A DNA stretch of 64,000 bases, taken from positions 5,696,001 to 5,760,000 of the forward strand of contig OY970303.1 in NCBI GenBank assembly GCA_963716255.1, in the 5' to 3' direction. The first letter of the stretch is position 1; each line of letters opens with the position of its first letter. Below, in pieces: positions 9,501-18,965 of this stretch. A program made the position numbers and the translations under genes. This DNA is from an uncultured Gemmatimonadales bacterium (GTDB lineage: Bacteria > Gemmatimonadota > Gemmatimonadetes > Longimicrobiales > Longimicrobiaceae). The notes beneath the pieces are model-generated. The model had not been told where the DNA came from and did not search any database. It worked only from the letters and a program-made list of their open reading frames with translations.

Positions 9501-10215
9501 CGGCTCGTCCGGGGCGTGTCCCCCGGGGACGCAGAAGGGGCTCCGCGTGGCGGGGGCGCACGTGCGCTGGGACGACGCGCACTTCGGGCGCACGGCCGGG
9601 GTGTTCGACGCTTCGCAGTGGGACGGGGCGTTCCTGGTGGACGCGCCGCCGCTGGGCCGCTACCTGGGGCTGGGGATCAACACGGTGGGGAGCCCGCACC
9701 CGGAGTCGATCGCGACGGCGGAGACGGCGCAGGTCCCCGTCGCCGGGTACCCGGAAGGGAGTCCCCGCTCCTACATCAACTACGGCACCTACTTCCGCTG
9801 CTCGCTCACGGTGCACAACCGGGCGGGCGGGGACGAGCCGGACCGCACGCGCTACGTCCGCGTCCGCTTCGCCGTCTTCCACGACCGGACCGGGAAGACC
9901 ACGCGCGGCGAGCTCCCCCCGCCGCAGACCACCCTGGTCGGCGGCAGCAAGGTCTTCGGCGTGAGCCACTGGTTCAACGGCGTGGTCCGGAAGCGGTCCC
10001 CGCTGCCGCCTCCGTCCTTCCCGGACGCCGTCCACGAGGTGTTCCTCACCAGCGAGCAGCAGAGCGTGGTGCTGTACGACCGGGTGCGGCTGCTTCCCGG
10101 CGATCGCTTCCCGTTCACCGTGGAGTTCCCGGTCCCGGGGTTCGCGTCCCGCAGCCACGGCATCGTCGTGGAAACCTACGCCGACGAGGAGCCGCCCGCC
10201 GCCCCGGTCCCGTGA
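6514..10215 (+). CDS. 1233-aa multidomain protein (DUF4332-like / degenerate Amidase_3-like / carboxypeptidase-regulatory-like / DUF3370-like)
   Basis: Long ORF with strong GC3 bias; domain calls from motifs (see findings). Confidence 0.75.
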   Translation: MAHGLGDLDGITDAQVEALVGAGLDSLHKVAAVRVLPAARKTGIPRARLLRWRRLAAFLRWDAGDPVVAREAVDDAGLEDENAFLAAPADTLLATLNAARRKRGEERRGRTELRAHRQALFDEVVRAGAPALLQSRRLDLLADDTVRQIRAVAAQGYSGEYAALLLRHLADGAPADASDAELAARVREGTRDPAEARRRQALLEIEAMNERRAWGWDTTTSLAAIPFVSLAAGRKLIEQGIGSIYEARLMDVDRVARATGLPAAELDRIRQAADLLCLPYVDRWRAFALVELGLYGAFRSYINNWVLGSAHAKGTFITLDPRRGADVTAARLELARSPDAQNRAFAGRLKKKQIPHAPYPEGDAYLGLAMQFGTHEHEFVLDVDPSAGEAGWTLARAVADELYRLTTPIVVPLPVLAVGGPDAVAGQTPEARVARVAAAPNAMASYTLAAGPRVAAFAAPHDRDALADGYGEGSVYGYQVSAELGRAVLRHLAPAAGLGVVADVGEHDDAVLREIPSPDRKGYAFPAVRVELGGSADLARAAADPDQRARLARALARGMLEGFGYVTARLRGRVVDEDTGKPVAGARVLLSDPNGWTRPYQNSNAEYASAVTGEQGAFVLEVPVRQEVVWMEGASSDDLLPNTFRARVAQDGRQGVELPEVVFHQRGLVHDFGEVVLPGSGGLYGIQAAEAQSGTGCCCPFWDIPSTGASPAQPPGNLPDQPPPREVPVEHPVSGTIPTGDRLYAMTTVLEHLLRPGTGFLRFGPPIVVSNLPEEVGSGAEAAAGPPNPPPFGPAEVHESGILVHTTRQDTPREAPYRERTFAQKLFHGPFNLYFCHRNLTRDAHGQNTRMWLVLYLTTPTAPSAEARITGSAVTATALPIVLGGGKSAWPFSGGKGTLPFEVAKRRVLGPADAGPAGGEAIDAAIPAKANGAVVWAGLVDRTKWAEGHIHVDPPAGLQLGVYFLAVSVPASAGAAPPPPTPAQIQAILCEERPAGGSSGACPPGTQKGLRVAGAHVRWDDAHFGRTAGVFDASQWDGAFLVDAPPLGRYLGLGINTVGSPHPESIATAETAQVPVAGYPEGSPRSYINYGTYFRCSLTVHNRAGGDEPDRTRYVRVRFAVFHDRTGKTTRGELPPPQTTLVGGSKVFGVSHWFNGVVRKRSPLPPPSFPDAVHEVFLTSEQQSVVLYDRVRLLPGDRFPFTVEFPVPGFASRSHGIVVETYADEEPPAAPVP

Positions 10216-10297
10216 GCCGGCGCGGACTTGCCGGGCCGCCGCTCTCCCGGCACCTTTCGGGCTCCGCGTCGCCGCGACCCGCAGCCCCTGCCCCCCG

Positions 10298-11530
10298 TTG
10301 AAGCGATTCGCCGTCCCCAACCCCTGGCGCGGGCTGCGCGGGCTCCCGGCCGAGGTGTGGACCGTCGCCGCGACCACGCTGGTGAACCGGATGGGGATGA
10401 TGGTCCTCCCCTTCCTGGTGCTCTACGTCACCCAGCACCTGGGCTACCCCGCCGCCACGGCGGGGCTGGTGCTGACGGTGTACGGCGCCGGCGGGCTGGT
10501 GAGCGCCCCGGTCGCGGGGCGGCTCTGCGACCGGGTGGGCGCGCTGCGCGTCATGCAGGCCGCGCTCCTGCTTTCCGGGGGCGTGCTGCTGCTCTTTCCG
10601 CTGGCGCGCGGGCTGGAGGCGGTGCTGGGGCTGACCCTGCTGTGGGCGCTGGTGTCCGAGGCGGTGCGCCCGGCCAGCCTGGCCGCGCTCACCGGGAGCC
10701 TCCCACCGGAAAAGCGCACCGCGGCCATCGCGCTCAACCGCCTCGCCATCAACCTGGGGATGAGCGTGGGCCCGGCGGTGGGCGGCTTCCTGGCCATGGC
10801 GTCGTTCCCGCTCCTGTTCGTGGCGGACGGCGCCACCTCGCTCCTGGCGGGGCTGGGGCTCACCCTGGCGATCTGGAAGCTGGGGCTCGCGCGCCGCGAG
10901 GACCGCGCCGCCGAGGCCGCCGCGCTGGCGGGCGCCATCCCGCGCGGCGTGCTGCGCGACCGCCGGATGCTGGTCTTCCTGGCGGGGCTCTTCCTGCTGG
11001 GCGTGGTGTTCCTCCAGCACGAGGGCGCGCTCCCCGTGTACCTGGTGCGCGACCTGGGGCTCCCCACCTCGTTCTACGGGATGATCTTCGCCGTCAACAC
11101 GGTGATGATCGTGCTGCTGGAGGTTCCCCTCAACCTGGCCATGGCCGGCTGGCCCCACCGCCGCACGCTGGTGCTGGGCGCGGCCCTCTGCGCGGCCGGG
11201 TTCGGGGCGCTGGTGCTGGCCTCCGGGCCCTGGGGCGTGGTGCTCACCGTGGTGGTGTGGACCTTCGGGGAGATGATCTTCTTTCCCGTGTCCGCCACCT
11301 ACGCGTCGGAGCTGGCGCCGCCGGGCCGCCAGGGCGCCTACATGGGCGCCTACAGCATGGCCTGGGGGCTGGCGTTCACCCTGGGCCCGGCCGCGGGCAC
11401 CGCCATGCTGGACCGCTTCGGCGCCGCGGCGCTCTGGAGCTCCATGCTCGCCGTCGGGCTGGTTTCGGCGGGGATCATGAGCGCGCTCACCCGGACCGAG
11501 CCCGCGGGCGCCGCCCTGCCGGCCGCCTGA
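10298..11530 (+). CDS. MFS transporter
   Basis: About 12 hydrophobic segments, GRLCDRVG motif A and NLGMSVGPAVGG; TTG start. Confidence 0.9.
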   Translation: MKRFAVPNPWRGLRGLPAEVWTVAATTLVNRMGMMVLPFLVLYVTQHLGYPAATAGLVLTVYGAGGLVSAPVAGRLCDRVGALRVMQAALLLSGGVLLLFPLARGLEAVLGLTLLWALVSEAVRPASLAALTGSLPPEKRTAAIALNRLAINLGMSVGPAVGGFLAMASFPLLFVADGATSLLAGLGLTLAIWKLGLARREDRAAEAAALAGAIPRGVLRDRRMLVFLAGLFLLGVVFLQHEGALPVYLVRDLGLPTSFYGMIFAVNTVMIVLLEVPLNLAMAGWPHRRTLVLGAALCAAGFGALVLASGPWGVVLTVVVWTFGEMIFFPVSATYASELAPPGRQGAYMGAYSMAWGLAFTLGPAAGTAMLDRFGAAALWSSMLAVGLVSAGIMSALTRTEPAGAALPAA

Positions 11531-11558
11531 CCCATCTCACACTCGCCCATCCACCGAC

Positions 11559-12131
11559 ATGACGCGCACCGCCCGCTTCCCGCTCGCCGCCCTCCTCCTC
11601 GCGCTCTGCGGGTGTGCCGCGCCCGTGCGCGCCGCCGCCCAGGAGCCCACCGTCGTGGTGCTGGTGCGCCACGCCGAAAAGGCCGCGTCCGGCGGCCAGG
11701 ACCCCGAGCTGAGCGAGGCCGGCGCCGCCCGCGCCGACGCCCTGGCCGCGGCGCTCGCGGACGCGGGCGTGGACGCCGTGGTGACCACCCAGCTCCGCCG
11801 CACGCAGCTCACCGCGCAGCCGCTCATGCGCCGGCTGGGCCTCGCGCCCGAGGTGGTCGCCACCAGCGGCGCGGACCACCCCCGCGCGGTCGCCGACGCC
11901 GTCCGCCGCCACGCGGGGCAGACGGTGCTGGTGGTGGGACACTCCAACACCGTCCCCGCGATCGTCACCGCGCTGGGCGCGCCGCCCATGGGCGAGCTGT
12001 GCGACCACGAGTACTCGACCCTGTTCGTGGTGGTGCTGCGGCCGGGGGAGGCGCCGACGCTGGTGCAGTCGCGGTACGGGGCTCCCGATCCGGCCCCGAC
12101 GGCTCCCTGTGCGCGTACCATGCGGCAGTAG
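11559..12131 (+). CDS. Secreted histidine phosphatase family protein (SixA-like)
   Basis: Signal peptide, LVRHAEK and VVGHSNT motifs. Confidence 0.85.
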   Translation: MTRTARFPLAALLLALCGCAAPVRAAAQEPTVVVLVRHAEKAASGGQDPELSEAGAARADALAAALADAGVDAVVTTQLRRTQLTAQPLMRRLGLAPEVVATSGADHPRAVADAVRRHAGQTVLVVGHSNTVPAIVTALGAPPMGELCDHEYSTLFVVVLRPGEAPTLVQSRYGAPDPAPTAPCARTMRQ

Positions 12132-12149
12132 GCGGGCCTGGATCCCGGT

Positions 12150-12308
12150 GCGGGGCCGCTCCGGAACCAGGCCAAACGGCCGGCCTGTTTCCTACGCGGG
12201 CTGCGGGAGCCCCGGAAAACTGACTCCGGGTCTCCCTCCGCCGGAGTGAGCCAGCCGAAACTGCCCGGCTGTCTCCCTCCGCAACGGATTCGGGGGGTAC
12301 TGCGGAAC
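12150..12308 (+). repeat. Triple-hairpin repeat family B, copy 1
   Basis: GCGGGGCCGCTCC, then three GAGCC-stem-AAACTGC-like-stem-GTCTC hairpins, then GGGTACTGCGGAAC. Confidence 0.85.
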
Positions 12309-12478
12309 GGCGGAACGGCAGAAGCCCGGCTTCGGGCGGCAGGGCCGCGGCGTTCTCAACGCGTCACGGCGCGTATTGCGCCCTGCCGCGGCGCGATGTA
12401 TCCCTTCATCGGTCACCCGATACGTCCCGCCGCTCCTCCGCCGCGGATCCGTCCGTCCTCTCCCATCGCCCCGGAGCC

Positions 12479-13675
12479 ATGGCAAGCACCGTCCCCACGA
12501 CGCGCCCGCGCGTGTCGCACCGCGCCGGCCTCTTCACCGAGTCCGTCATCCGCGAGATGACGCGCGAGGCGATGAAGCACGGCGCCGTCAACCTGTCGCA
12601 GGGGTTCCCCGACTTCCCGGCCCCGGCGGACGTCAAGGAGGCCGCGCGGCGGGCCATCGCCGACGACGTCAACCAGTACGCCATCACCTGGGGGGCGCGC
12701 GACTTCCGCGAGGCCATCGCCCGCAAGACGAAGTGGTACCTGGGGCTGGACGTGGACCCGGAGACCGAGCTTACCGTGACCTGCGGCTCCACCGAGGCCA
12801 TGATCGCCACGATGATGGCGACCGTGGACCCGGGCGACGAGGTGGTGGTGTTCGAGCCGTTCTACGAGAACTACGGGCCCGACGCCATCCTGTCGCAGGC
12901 CACCCCGCGCTACGTGCCGCTGCACGCGCCCGACTGGAGCTTCGACCGGGACGAGCTGGCGGCGGCGTTCGGCGAGCGGACCCGCGCCATCATCCTGTGC
13001 AACCCCAACAACCCGTGCGGCAAGGTGTTCACGCGCGAGGAGATGGAGTTCATCGCCGGGCTCTGCCGCGAGCACGACGCCCTGTGCTTCACCGACGAGA
13101 TCTACGAGCACATCCTGTACGCCGACGACGGCGAGCCCGCCCCGGAGCACGTCTGCATGGCGCAGCTCCCGGGGATGCGCGAGCGCACGGTGGTGGTCAA
13201 CTCGCTCTCCAAGACGTATTCTGTCACCGGGTGGCGGGTGGGCTACTGCATCGCCCCGCCGGACATCACCAGCGCCATCCGCAAGGTGCACGACTTCCTC
13301 ACGGTGGGCGCCGCCGCGCCGCTGCAGGCGGCCGGCGCCTACGCGCTGTCGCTCCCGCCGGAGTACTACGCCCACCTCGCCGCCGACTACCGCGCGCGGC
13401 GCGACCTTCTCCTCCCCGCGCTGGAGGAGGTGGGCTTCCGGACCTTTCGCCCGCGCGGCGCCTACTACGTCATGGCGGACATCGGCGGCTTCGCCTTTGC
13501 ATCGGACGTGGACTTCACGCGCCACCTGATCCGCGACGTGGGCGTCGCCTGCGTCCCGGGGTCCAGCTTCTACGCGGACCCGGCGCGGGGCGCCCGGTTC
13601 GTGCGGTTCTGCTTCTGCAAGCGCGACGAGACGCTGCACGCGGCGGTGGAGCGCCTGCGCAGGCTCGCCGCGTGA
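12479..13675 (+). CDS. PLP-dependent aminotransferase class I/II (methionine/kynurenine aminotransferase-like)
   Basis: NLSQGFPDF, PNNPCG, TDEIYEH and SLSKTYSVTGWRVGY. Confidence 0.92.
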   Translation: MASTVPTTRPRVSHRAGLFTESVIREMTREAMKHGAVNLSQGFPDFPAPADVKEAARRAIADDVNQYAITWGARDFREAIARKTKWYLGLDVDPETELTVTCGSTEAMIATMMATVDPGDEVVVFEPFYENYGPDAILSQATPRYVPLHAPDWSFDRDELAAAFGERTRAIILCNPNNPCGKVFTREEMEFIAGLCREHDALCFTDEIYEHILYADDGEPAPEHVCMAQLPGMRERTVVVNSLSKTYSVTGWRVGYCIAPPDITSAIRKVHDFLTVGAAAPLQAAGAYALSLPPEYYAHLAADYRARRDLLLPALEEVGFRTFRPRGAYYVMADIGGFAFASDVDFTRHLIRDVGVACVPGSSFYADPARGARFVRFCFCKRDETLHAAVERLRRLAA

Positions 13676-13773
13676 AGGCGCCCCGCGGACCGGAAGAGGG
13701 GCGGCGCGTCGCCACAGGGTGCGGCGCCCGGACCTTTCCGCCTGCGCGCACCCGTTCCAAAGGGACACAGCCC

Positions 13774-14322
13774 ATGCGCCTGACCACACGCTTTCTCCCC
13801 GCCCTCCTCCTGGCCGCCCTGCTGCCGTGCGCGCCCGCCGCGGCGCAGCAGACGCAGGGGGTGGAGGCGGTGCTGGTGGGGGCGCGCATCCGCGTCATGG
13901 CGCCCGAGCTGACCCGGGCGTGGATCGGCGGCCGGATGGTGCACGCCGACTCCTCCACCGTCATCGTCGACCCCACCACCCGGCGCTGGGGGTCGCCGCT
14001 GGCGCTGGACCAGGCCGCGATCACGCGCATGCAGCTCTTCCGCGGGCGCATCGGGTCGCAGCGGAACCTGGGGGCGGTGCTGGGCGGGCTGGCCGGGACG
14101 GCGGCGGGGGTGTACTCCGCCTGGGCCATCAAGAACAAGGAGGGGAGCACCGGCGGGTGGGTGCTGGTGCCGCTCTTCTCCTTCGGAGGAGTGGGGATCG
14201 GGGCGGGGGTGGGGGCCGTGGTCCCCCGCGAGGGGTGGGACCCGGTGGACCTACCCGTGCGCGTCATCTACGAGCCGGGCACGGCGCCCGGCCCGGAGTC
14301 GCGCGCCCCCGCGGCGCGCTGA
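13774..14322 (+). CDS. Secreted hypothetical protein with glycine-zipper-like C-terminus
   Basis: Signal peptide ending AAA-QQ; GAVLGGLAG and GIGAGVGA helices. Confidence 0.7.
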   Translation: MRLTTRFLPALLLAALLPCAPAAAQQTQGVEAVLVGARIRVMAPELTRAWIGGRMVHADSSTVIVDPTTRRWGSPLALDQAAITRMQLFRGRIGSQRNLGAVLGGLAGTAAGVYSAWAIKNKEGSTGGWVLVPLFSFGGVGIGAGVGAVVPREGWDPVDLPVRVIYEPGTAPGPESRAPAAR

Positions 14323-14458
14323 TCCCTCCCGCCGCCGCCCCCCCCGCTCCCTCGTCGTCCCTCCCCGCCGCACGTTTCCCTCCGCATGGCCCCGCGGGTC
14401 CGCCGGGTGTAGATTGCCGCGTTCCCGCACCCAGGCAACCACGCGGAGGATTCACCCG

Positions 14459-16465
14459 ATGAACCGTTCCCGGCCGGCTCCCCCCTTCCGGCTCCTCGCC
14501 GCCGCGGTCGCGCTCCTCCTGTGCGCCGCGCCCGCCGCCGCGCAGACGGCGCGTGCCCCCGAGGCGCCGCAGCGCCCCCGCCCGTACCCCGTGTTCGAGA
14601 CCCCGGAGTTCGCCCGCGCGGTGGAGCGCGGCACGCGCACCCGCACGGGGCGGCCGGGGCCGCGCTACTGGACGCAGTACGCCCGCTACCGGCTGAACGC
14701 CGACCTGGACCCGGCCACCCGCCGGCTCGCGGGGCAGGGGACCATCCAGTACCAGAACCGCTCGCCGGACGTGCTCACCGAGGTGTACGTGCACCTTGCC
14801 CCCAACCTCACGGCGCCCGGGGTGATCCGGAACCGCCCCGTGCAGGAGACGGGCGGAATGGAGCTGTCGCGGGTGATCGCGCAGGGGCGGACGCTCGCCG
14901 CGGTGGAAGCGCTGGACTCGCTGGGGACGCCTGCTTACGTGGTGAGCGGCACCGTGGCCCGGCTGCGCCTGCCGCAGCCGCTGGCCCCCGGCCAGACCGC
15001 CGACCTGGGCTTCTCCTGGAGCTACGTGGTGCCGCCGGACGGCACGCCCCGCACCGGCACCGACGGGGAGGTGTTCTACATCGCCTACTGGTACCCGCAG
15101 CTGGCGGTGTACGACGACGTGTCCGGGTGGCAGGCCGACCCGTACATGGGCAACGCGGAGTTCTACATGGGCTACGCGGACTACGACGTGTCGCTGACGG
15201 TGCCCGAGGGGTGGCTGGTGGCGTCCACCGGGACGCTGCAGAACGCGCAGGAGGTGCTCACCCCGCAGACGCTGTCGCGCCTGGAGGCGGCGCGCACGCA
15301 GCCCGGCGTGGTGCACGTGGTGACGGCGGACGACCGCGCGGCGGGGCGGGCGACGCGCTCGGTCCGGGGCGGGCGGCTCACCTGGCGCTACACCGCGCCG
15401 GGCGTGCGCGACTTCGCCTGGGGGACCTCGCCGCGCTACCTGTGGGACGCCACCCACGCCGTCGCGGGCGACGCGGACGGCGACGGCGACGCGGACACCA
15501 CGGCCATCCACACCTTCTACCGGCCCGAGCGGGTGAGCTGGGCGTGGGACCAGTCGGCGCGCTACGCGCGGCACTCCGTGGAGTTCCTGTCGCGCTACCT
15601 GTGGCCGTACCCGTACCCGCACATGACCGCGGTGGACGGCATCGTGTCGTGCTCGGGGATGGAGTACCCCATGATGACCTGCATCGGCGGGCGGCGCGAC
15701 ACCCTGTCGCTGTACTCGGTGACGGTGCACGAGATCGCCCACATGTGGTTCCCCATGCAGGTGGGCTCGGACGAGCGGCGCTACTCCTGGCAGGACGAGG
15801 GGCTGACGCGCTTCAACCAGGCGCAGGCCATGCGCGAGTTCTTTTCCGGCTACGACCTGGAGACCATCGCACGCAACCAGTACCTGGACCTGGCCCGCAG
15901 GGGGAGCGAGTACGCGGGCGGGCAGGTGGAGCTGATGCGCCACGGCGACCTGTACCCGGTCGCGGGGAGCGCCTTCGGCGTTTCCAGCTACGCCAGGATG
16001 GCCACCAACATGGCGATGCTGCGCGCGCTGCTGGGCGAGGAAACGTTCATGCGCGCCTACCGCGAGTACGGCCGGCGCTGGCTGGGGAAGCACCCGCAGC
16101 CGTACGACCTGTGGAACACCTTCGAGGACGTTTCCGGGCGCGACCTGGACTGGTTCTGGCGCACCTGGTGGTACGAGACGTGGACGCTGGACCAGGCCAT
16201 CGGCGAGGTGCGCATCGCCGGCGACCGCATGGAGGTGGAGGTGATGGACCGCGGGCTCGCCCCCATGCCGGTGCGCCTGGCGGTGACGCGGGCGGACGGG
16301 CGGGTGGAGCGCATCGAGGTGCCGGTGGACGTGTGGCTGGCGGGCGCGCGGCGCCACACCGTGCCGGTGAGCGGCGCGGCCACCGTGGTGCGGGTGGAGA
16401 TCGACCCCGAGAACGCCTTCGCGGACATCGACCGGACCAACCAGGCGTGGACGAGAACGCGGTGA
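14459..16465 (+). CDS. Secreted M1 family metalloaminopeptidase
   Basis: Signal peptide, SGMEYP and HEIAHMWF...WQDEG zinc motif. Confidence 0.92.
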   Translation: MNRSRPAPPFRLLAAAVALLLCAAPAAAQTARAPEAPQRPRPYPVFETPEFARAVERGTRTRTGRPGPRYWTQYARYRLNADLDPATRRLAGQGTIQYQNRSPDVLTEVYVHLAPNLTAPGVIRNRPVQETGGMELSRVIAQGRTLAAVEALDSLGTPAYVVSGTVARLRLPQPLAPGQTADLGFSWSYVVPPDGTPRTGTDGEVFYIAYWYPQLAVYDDVSGWQADPYMGNAEFYMGYADYDVSLTVPEGWLVASTGTLQNAQEVLTPQTLSRLEAARTQPGVVHVVTADDRAAGRATRSVRGGRLTWRYTAPGVRDFAWGTSPRYLWDATHAVAGDADGDGDADTTAIHTFYRPERVSWAWDQSARYARHSVEFLSRYLWPYPYPHMTAVDGIVSCSGMEYPMMTCIGGRRDTLSLYSVTVHEIAHMWFPMQVGSDERRYSWQDEGLTRFNQAQAMREFFSGYDLETIARNQYLDLARRGSEYAGGQVELMRHGDLYPVAGSAFGVSSYARMATNMAMLRALLGEETFMRAYREYGRRWLGKHPQPYDLWNTFEDVSGRDLDWFWRTWWYETWTLDQAIGEVRIAGDRMEVEVMDRGLAPMPVRLAVTRADGRVERIEVPVDVWLAGARRHTVPVSGAATVVRVEIDPENAFADIDRTNQAWTRTR

Positions 16466-17268
16466 GCCGGCCCGCGGCCGCGGGGTGGTGGTTCGTCTTC
16501 CGCGGCCGCGAGCTGCTGGTGGGGAGCGAGGGGGAGGCGCTGCGCCTCCCCCTCGCCACGGACCCGGCGGAGCTTTCGGTGGAGCCGCTGCGGGTGCTGG
16601 AGCTGGAGCCGGTGCAGGGGGTCGCCGCGTGGGCCGCCGAGGCGCCCGCGGAGTGGGAGCCGCCCGCCGGGATGGAGCTGCGGGGTCTGCGCGCCACCTG
16701 GGGGCTGCTGGACGAGCCCCTCTTCCGCCTGGCGGGGCGCGCCGTGCAGCTGGTGGACTGGGACCGCACCCACCGCTTCTGCGGCGCGTGCGCCACCCCC
16801 ACCCGGGTGCGCGCGTGGGAGCGCGCCCGCGAGTGCCCGGCGTGCGGGCTGGTGGCGTACCCGCGCCTGTCGCCCGCGGTGATCATGCTGGTGCGCGACG
16901 GCGACCGGCTGCTCCTGGGCCGCCACGCGGGGCTGGCGCCGGGGATGTACAGCACGCTGGCGGGGTTCGTGGAGCCGGGGGAGAGCCTGGAGGAGGCGGT
17001 CGCGCGGGAGGTGCGCGAGGAGACGGGGGTGGAGGTGCGCGGCGTCCGCTACTTCGGGAGCCAGCCCTGGCCCTTTCCGAACTCTCTGATGATCGGCTTC
17101 ACGGCGGAGTACGCGGGCGGCGAGCTGGCGGTGGACCGCGCGGAGCTGGAGGACGCGGGGTGGTTCGAGCCGGACGCGCTCCCCACGGTCCCGCCCCCGC
17201 TGAGCATCGCGCGGCAGCTGATCGACGCGTTCCTGGCGGAGCGGGAGCAGCGGCGGGGCGCAGGGTAG
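16462..17268 (+). CDS. nudC: NAD(+) diphosphatase
   Basis: CGAC...CPAC zinc ribbon, Nudix box GFVEPGESLEEAVAREVREETG and SQPWPFP; GTG start overlaps the upstream stop. Confidence 0.92.
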   Translation: MSRPAAAGWWFVFRGRELLVGSEGEALRLPLATDPAELSVEPLRVLELEPVQGVAAWAAEAPAEWEPPAGMELRGLRATWGLLDEPLFRLAGRAVQLVDWDRTHRFCGACATPTRVRAWERARECPACGLVAYPRLSPAVIMLVRDGDRLLLGRHAGLAPGMYSTLAGFVEPGESLEEAVAREVREETGVEVRGVRYFGSQPWPFPNSLMIGFTAEYAGGELAVDRAELEDAGWFEPDALPTVPPPLSIARQLIDAFLAEREQRRGAG

Positions 17269-17274
17269 GCCCCG

Positions 17275-17769
17275 CTACGCGTACTCCGGGTGGCGGGCGA
17301 TGAACTTTTCCAGCGTCGCCATCGCCATCTTCCGCCGGGCGCCGGGGACGAGCCACGACATCACCCCCTTCGCCGGCCCCAGCGCCTGCACCCCCCACCG
17401 GAGCGCGCTGCACGAGTCCAGGTGCTCGATGACCAGCCCGTCCACGAAGTGGAAGTCGGAGCGGATGACGTTGCGCACGCGGCGGCCGGTGGCGCGGAAG
17501 GTGTAGTCGTCCACCAGGTCCACCGTGGCGGCGCGGCCGTCCACCCGCCTCACGGTGAACGTGGCCCGCAGGTCCGACTCCGAGATCATGTGCCACATGG
17601 CGTGGATGCGCTTCCTGCCGCTCAGCGTGAAGGCGATGTCCCGGAAGACCGCGTCCGGGTGGTAGCACGCCGCCATGCCCTGGTGGTCCCCCGCGTCCAG
17701 GCAGGTGTAGAGCTTTTCCAGCACCAGCGCCTGCTTGGAGGGCGCGCCCTTCTGGTGCAGCTTCGACAT
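17275..17769 (-). CDS. SnoaL/NTF2-like protein
   Basis: MAACYHPDAVFRD...YTFRATGRRVRNVI...IEHLD; GGAGG RBS. Confidence 0.85.
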   Translation of the reverse strand: MSKLHQKGAPSKQALVLEKLYTCLDAGDHQGMAACYHPDAVFRDIAFTLSGRKRIHAMWHMISESDLRATFTVRRVDGRAATVDLVDDYTFRATGRRVRNVIRSDFHFVDGLVIEHLDSCSALRWGVQALGPAKGVMSWLVPGARRKMAMATLEKFIARHPEYA

Positions 17770-17881
17770 GGTGCCTCCGTGGCGAGGAGATGAGTCTCCC
17801 CATAGAGTAGCGCCGCCCGCGTGCGGGACAAGGGTCCCGTTCGCGTTCCACCCGGCCCGACCGCAGCGGAGGGTGCCGCGC

Positions 17882-18679
17882 ATGCACATCGACCAGCTGC
17901 CTTACAGGGAGCTGCACGACGCCGTGCTGGAGTACGAGGGCGAGGAGCTGTTCGGCGACCTCGTGCGGCCGTGGCTTCGCGCGAACGAGGGCGAGCGGCG
18001 GTGGCTCGCGGCGGTCCGCGGGCGCGCGGGACGCCCGGTGCCGCCCATGCGGCCGGAGGAGCTGTGGCGCCTCTACGCGCTTTCCAGGATCGTGGAGCTC
18101 CTCCAGCTCTCGTTCGCGCCGCGCACGGACGACCCCGCCTGGGACGTGGCGCCGGTCGGCGTGGACGACTTCGCGGAGTTCATGGCGGCGCTCGGCCTGG
18201 AGGCGGTGGAGCGCCCCGGCTTCCACCCCTTCTACCACGAGGTGGTGACGGTGGATTCGGCGCCGGAGGAGAGCGCGCCGCCGGAGGTGGTCCAGCTCTA
18301 CTGGCCCGGCTGCCGCCTGGGTCCGCTGATCGTTTCCCGCGCGGGCTGCCGCGTGCGGGCGGGGCGGCTCCACCTGCGCGGGGAGGTGGCGGAGCGCTCC
18401 AGGCTGTACTGGGCGTACGCCCGCAACGGCCGCCCCACCGAGGACCTGGCCAGCGGCTGGGGCGGCAACTCGCAGTGGCGCACGCCGCTGCGGCGGGACT
18501 ACGCGCTGGGCGGGATGCTGTACTACAACGTGGACGCGAAGCCGTCGCCCGGGGGAGCGGACCCCGGGCTGGACGCGGCGGAGCGCGCCGAGCTCCTGCG
18601 GCACCGCTGCTTCGTCGCGTGCGGCAGGCCGGGCGAGGACCGGTGGCCCTACGACCTCAGCCTGGTGGAGCCGGGGTAG
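17882..18679 (+). CDS. Hypothetical protein
   Basis: 265-aa ORF with strong GC3 bias (FHPFYHEVV, GWGGNSQWRT, ELLRHRCFV). Confidence 0.75.
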   Translation: MHIDQLPYRELHDAVLEYEGEELFGDLVRPWLRANEGERRWLAAVRGRAGRPVPPMRPEELWRLYALSRIVELLQLSFAPRTDDPAWDVAPVGVDDFAEFMAALGLEAVERPGFHPFYHEVVTVDSAPEESAPPEVVQLYWPGCRLGPLIVSRAGCRVRAGRLHLRGEVAERSRLYWAYARNGRPTEDLASGWGGNSQWRTPLRRDYALGGMLYYNVDAKPSPGGADPGLDAAERAELLRHRCFVACGRPGEDRWPYDLSLVEPG

Positions 18680-18725
18680 CGCGGACGTGCCGCGGCGCGG
18701 CCAGTCGGCGGAGTCGCCGGAAGCA

Positions 18726-18760
18726 GACAGGGGAGGAGCCGCCGCGGCTCCTCCCCTGTC
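18726..18760. terminator. Hairpin between convergent genes
   Basis: Perfect 15-bp inverted repeat GACAGGGGAGGAGCC / GGCTCCTCCCCTGTC. Confidence 0.65.
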
Positions 18761-18764
18761 GTAT

Positions 18765-18965
18765 TCATCCCACGCTCTCGCCGTCCTCCGCCGTCGTTCC
18801 GTCCGCCGCGTCGGCCTTTCCGCCGGGCGGCTCCAGCTGCTCGCCGCTCTCGCGCAGCAGCTCCCGGCTCCGCTCGATGGCCTCGCGCATCCGCCGGAGG
18901 GCTTCCCGGGCCGCTTCGCGGCGCACGGCGGTCTCGTCGATGGTGTGCTGGAAGCGGTCCGTCAT
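18765..18965 (-). CDS. Small coiled-coil hypothetical protein
   Basis: 66-aa ORF MTDRFQHTIDETAVRREAAREALRR with typical codon usage. Confidence 0.55.
   Translation of the reverse strand: MTDRFQHTIDETAVRREAAREALRRMREAIERSRELLRESGEQLEPPGGKADAADGTTAEDGESVG

Noticed and set aside
6112..10377. Very long alternative-frame ORFs (e.g. 6112-10377 minus, 6276-10301 plus, 42439-45015 minus, 46825-49764 plus, 60396-63893 minus)
   Set aside because: Arg/Pro/Gly-rich shadow ORFs of real high-GC genes, with no recognisable motifs.
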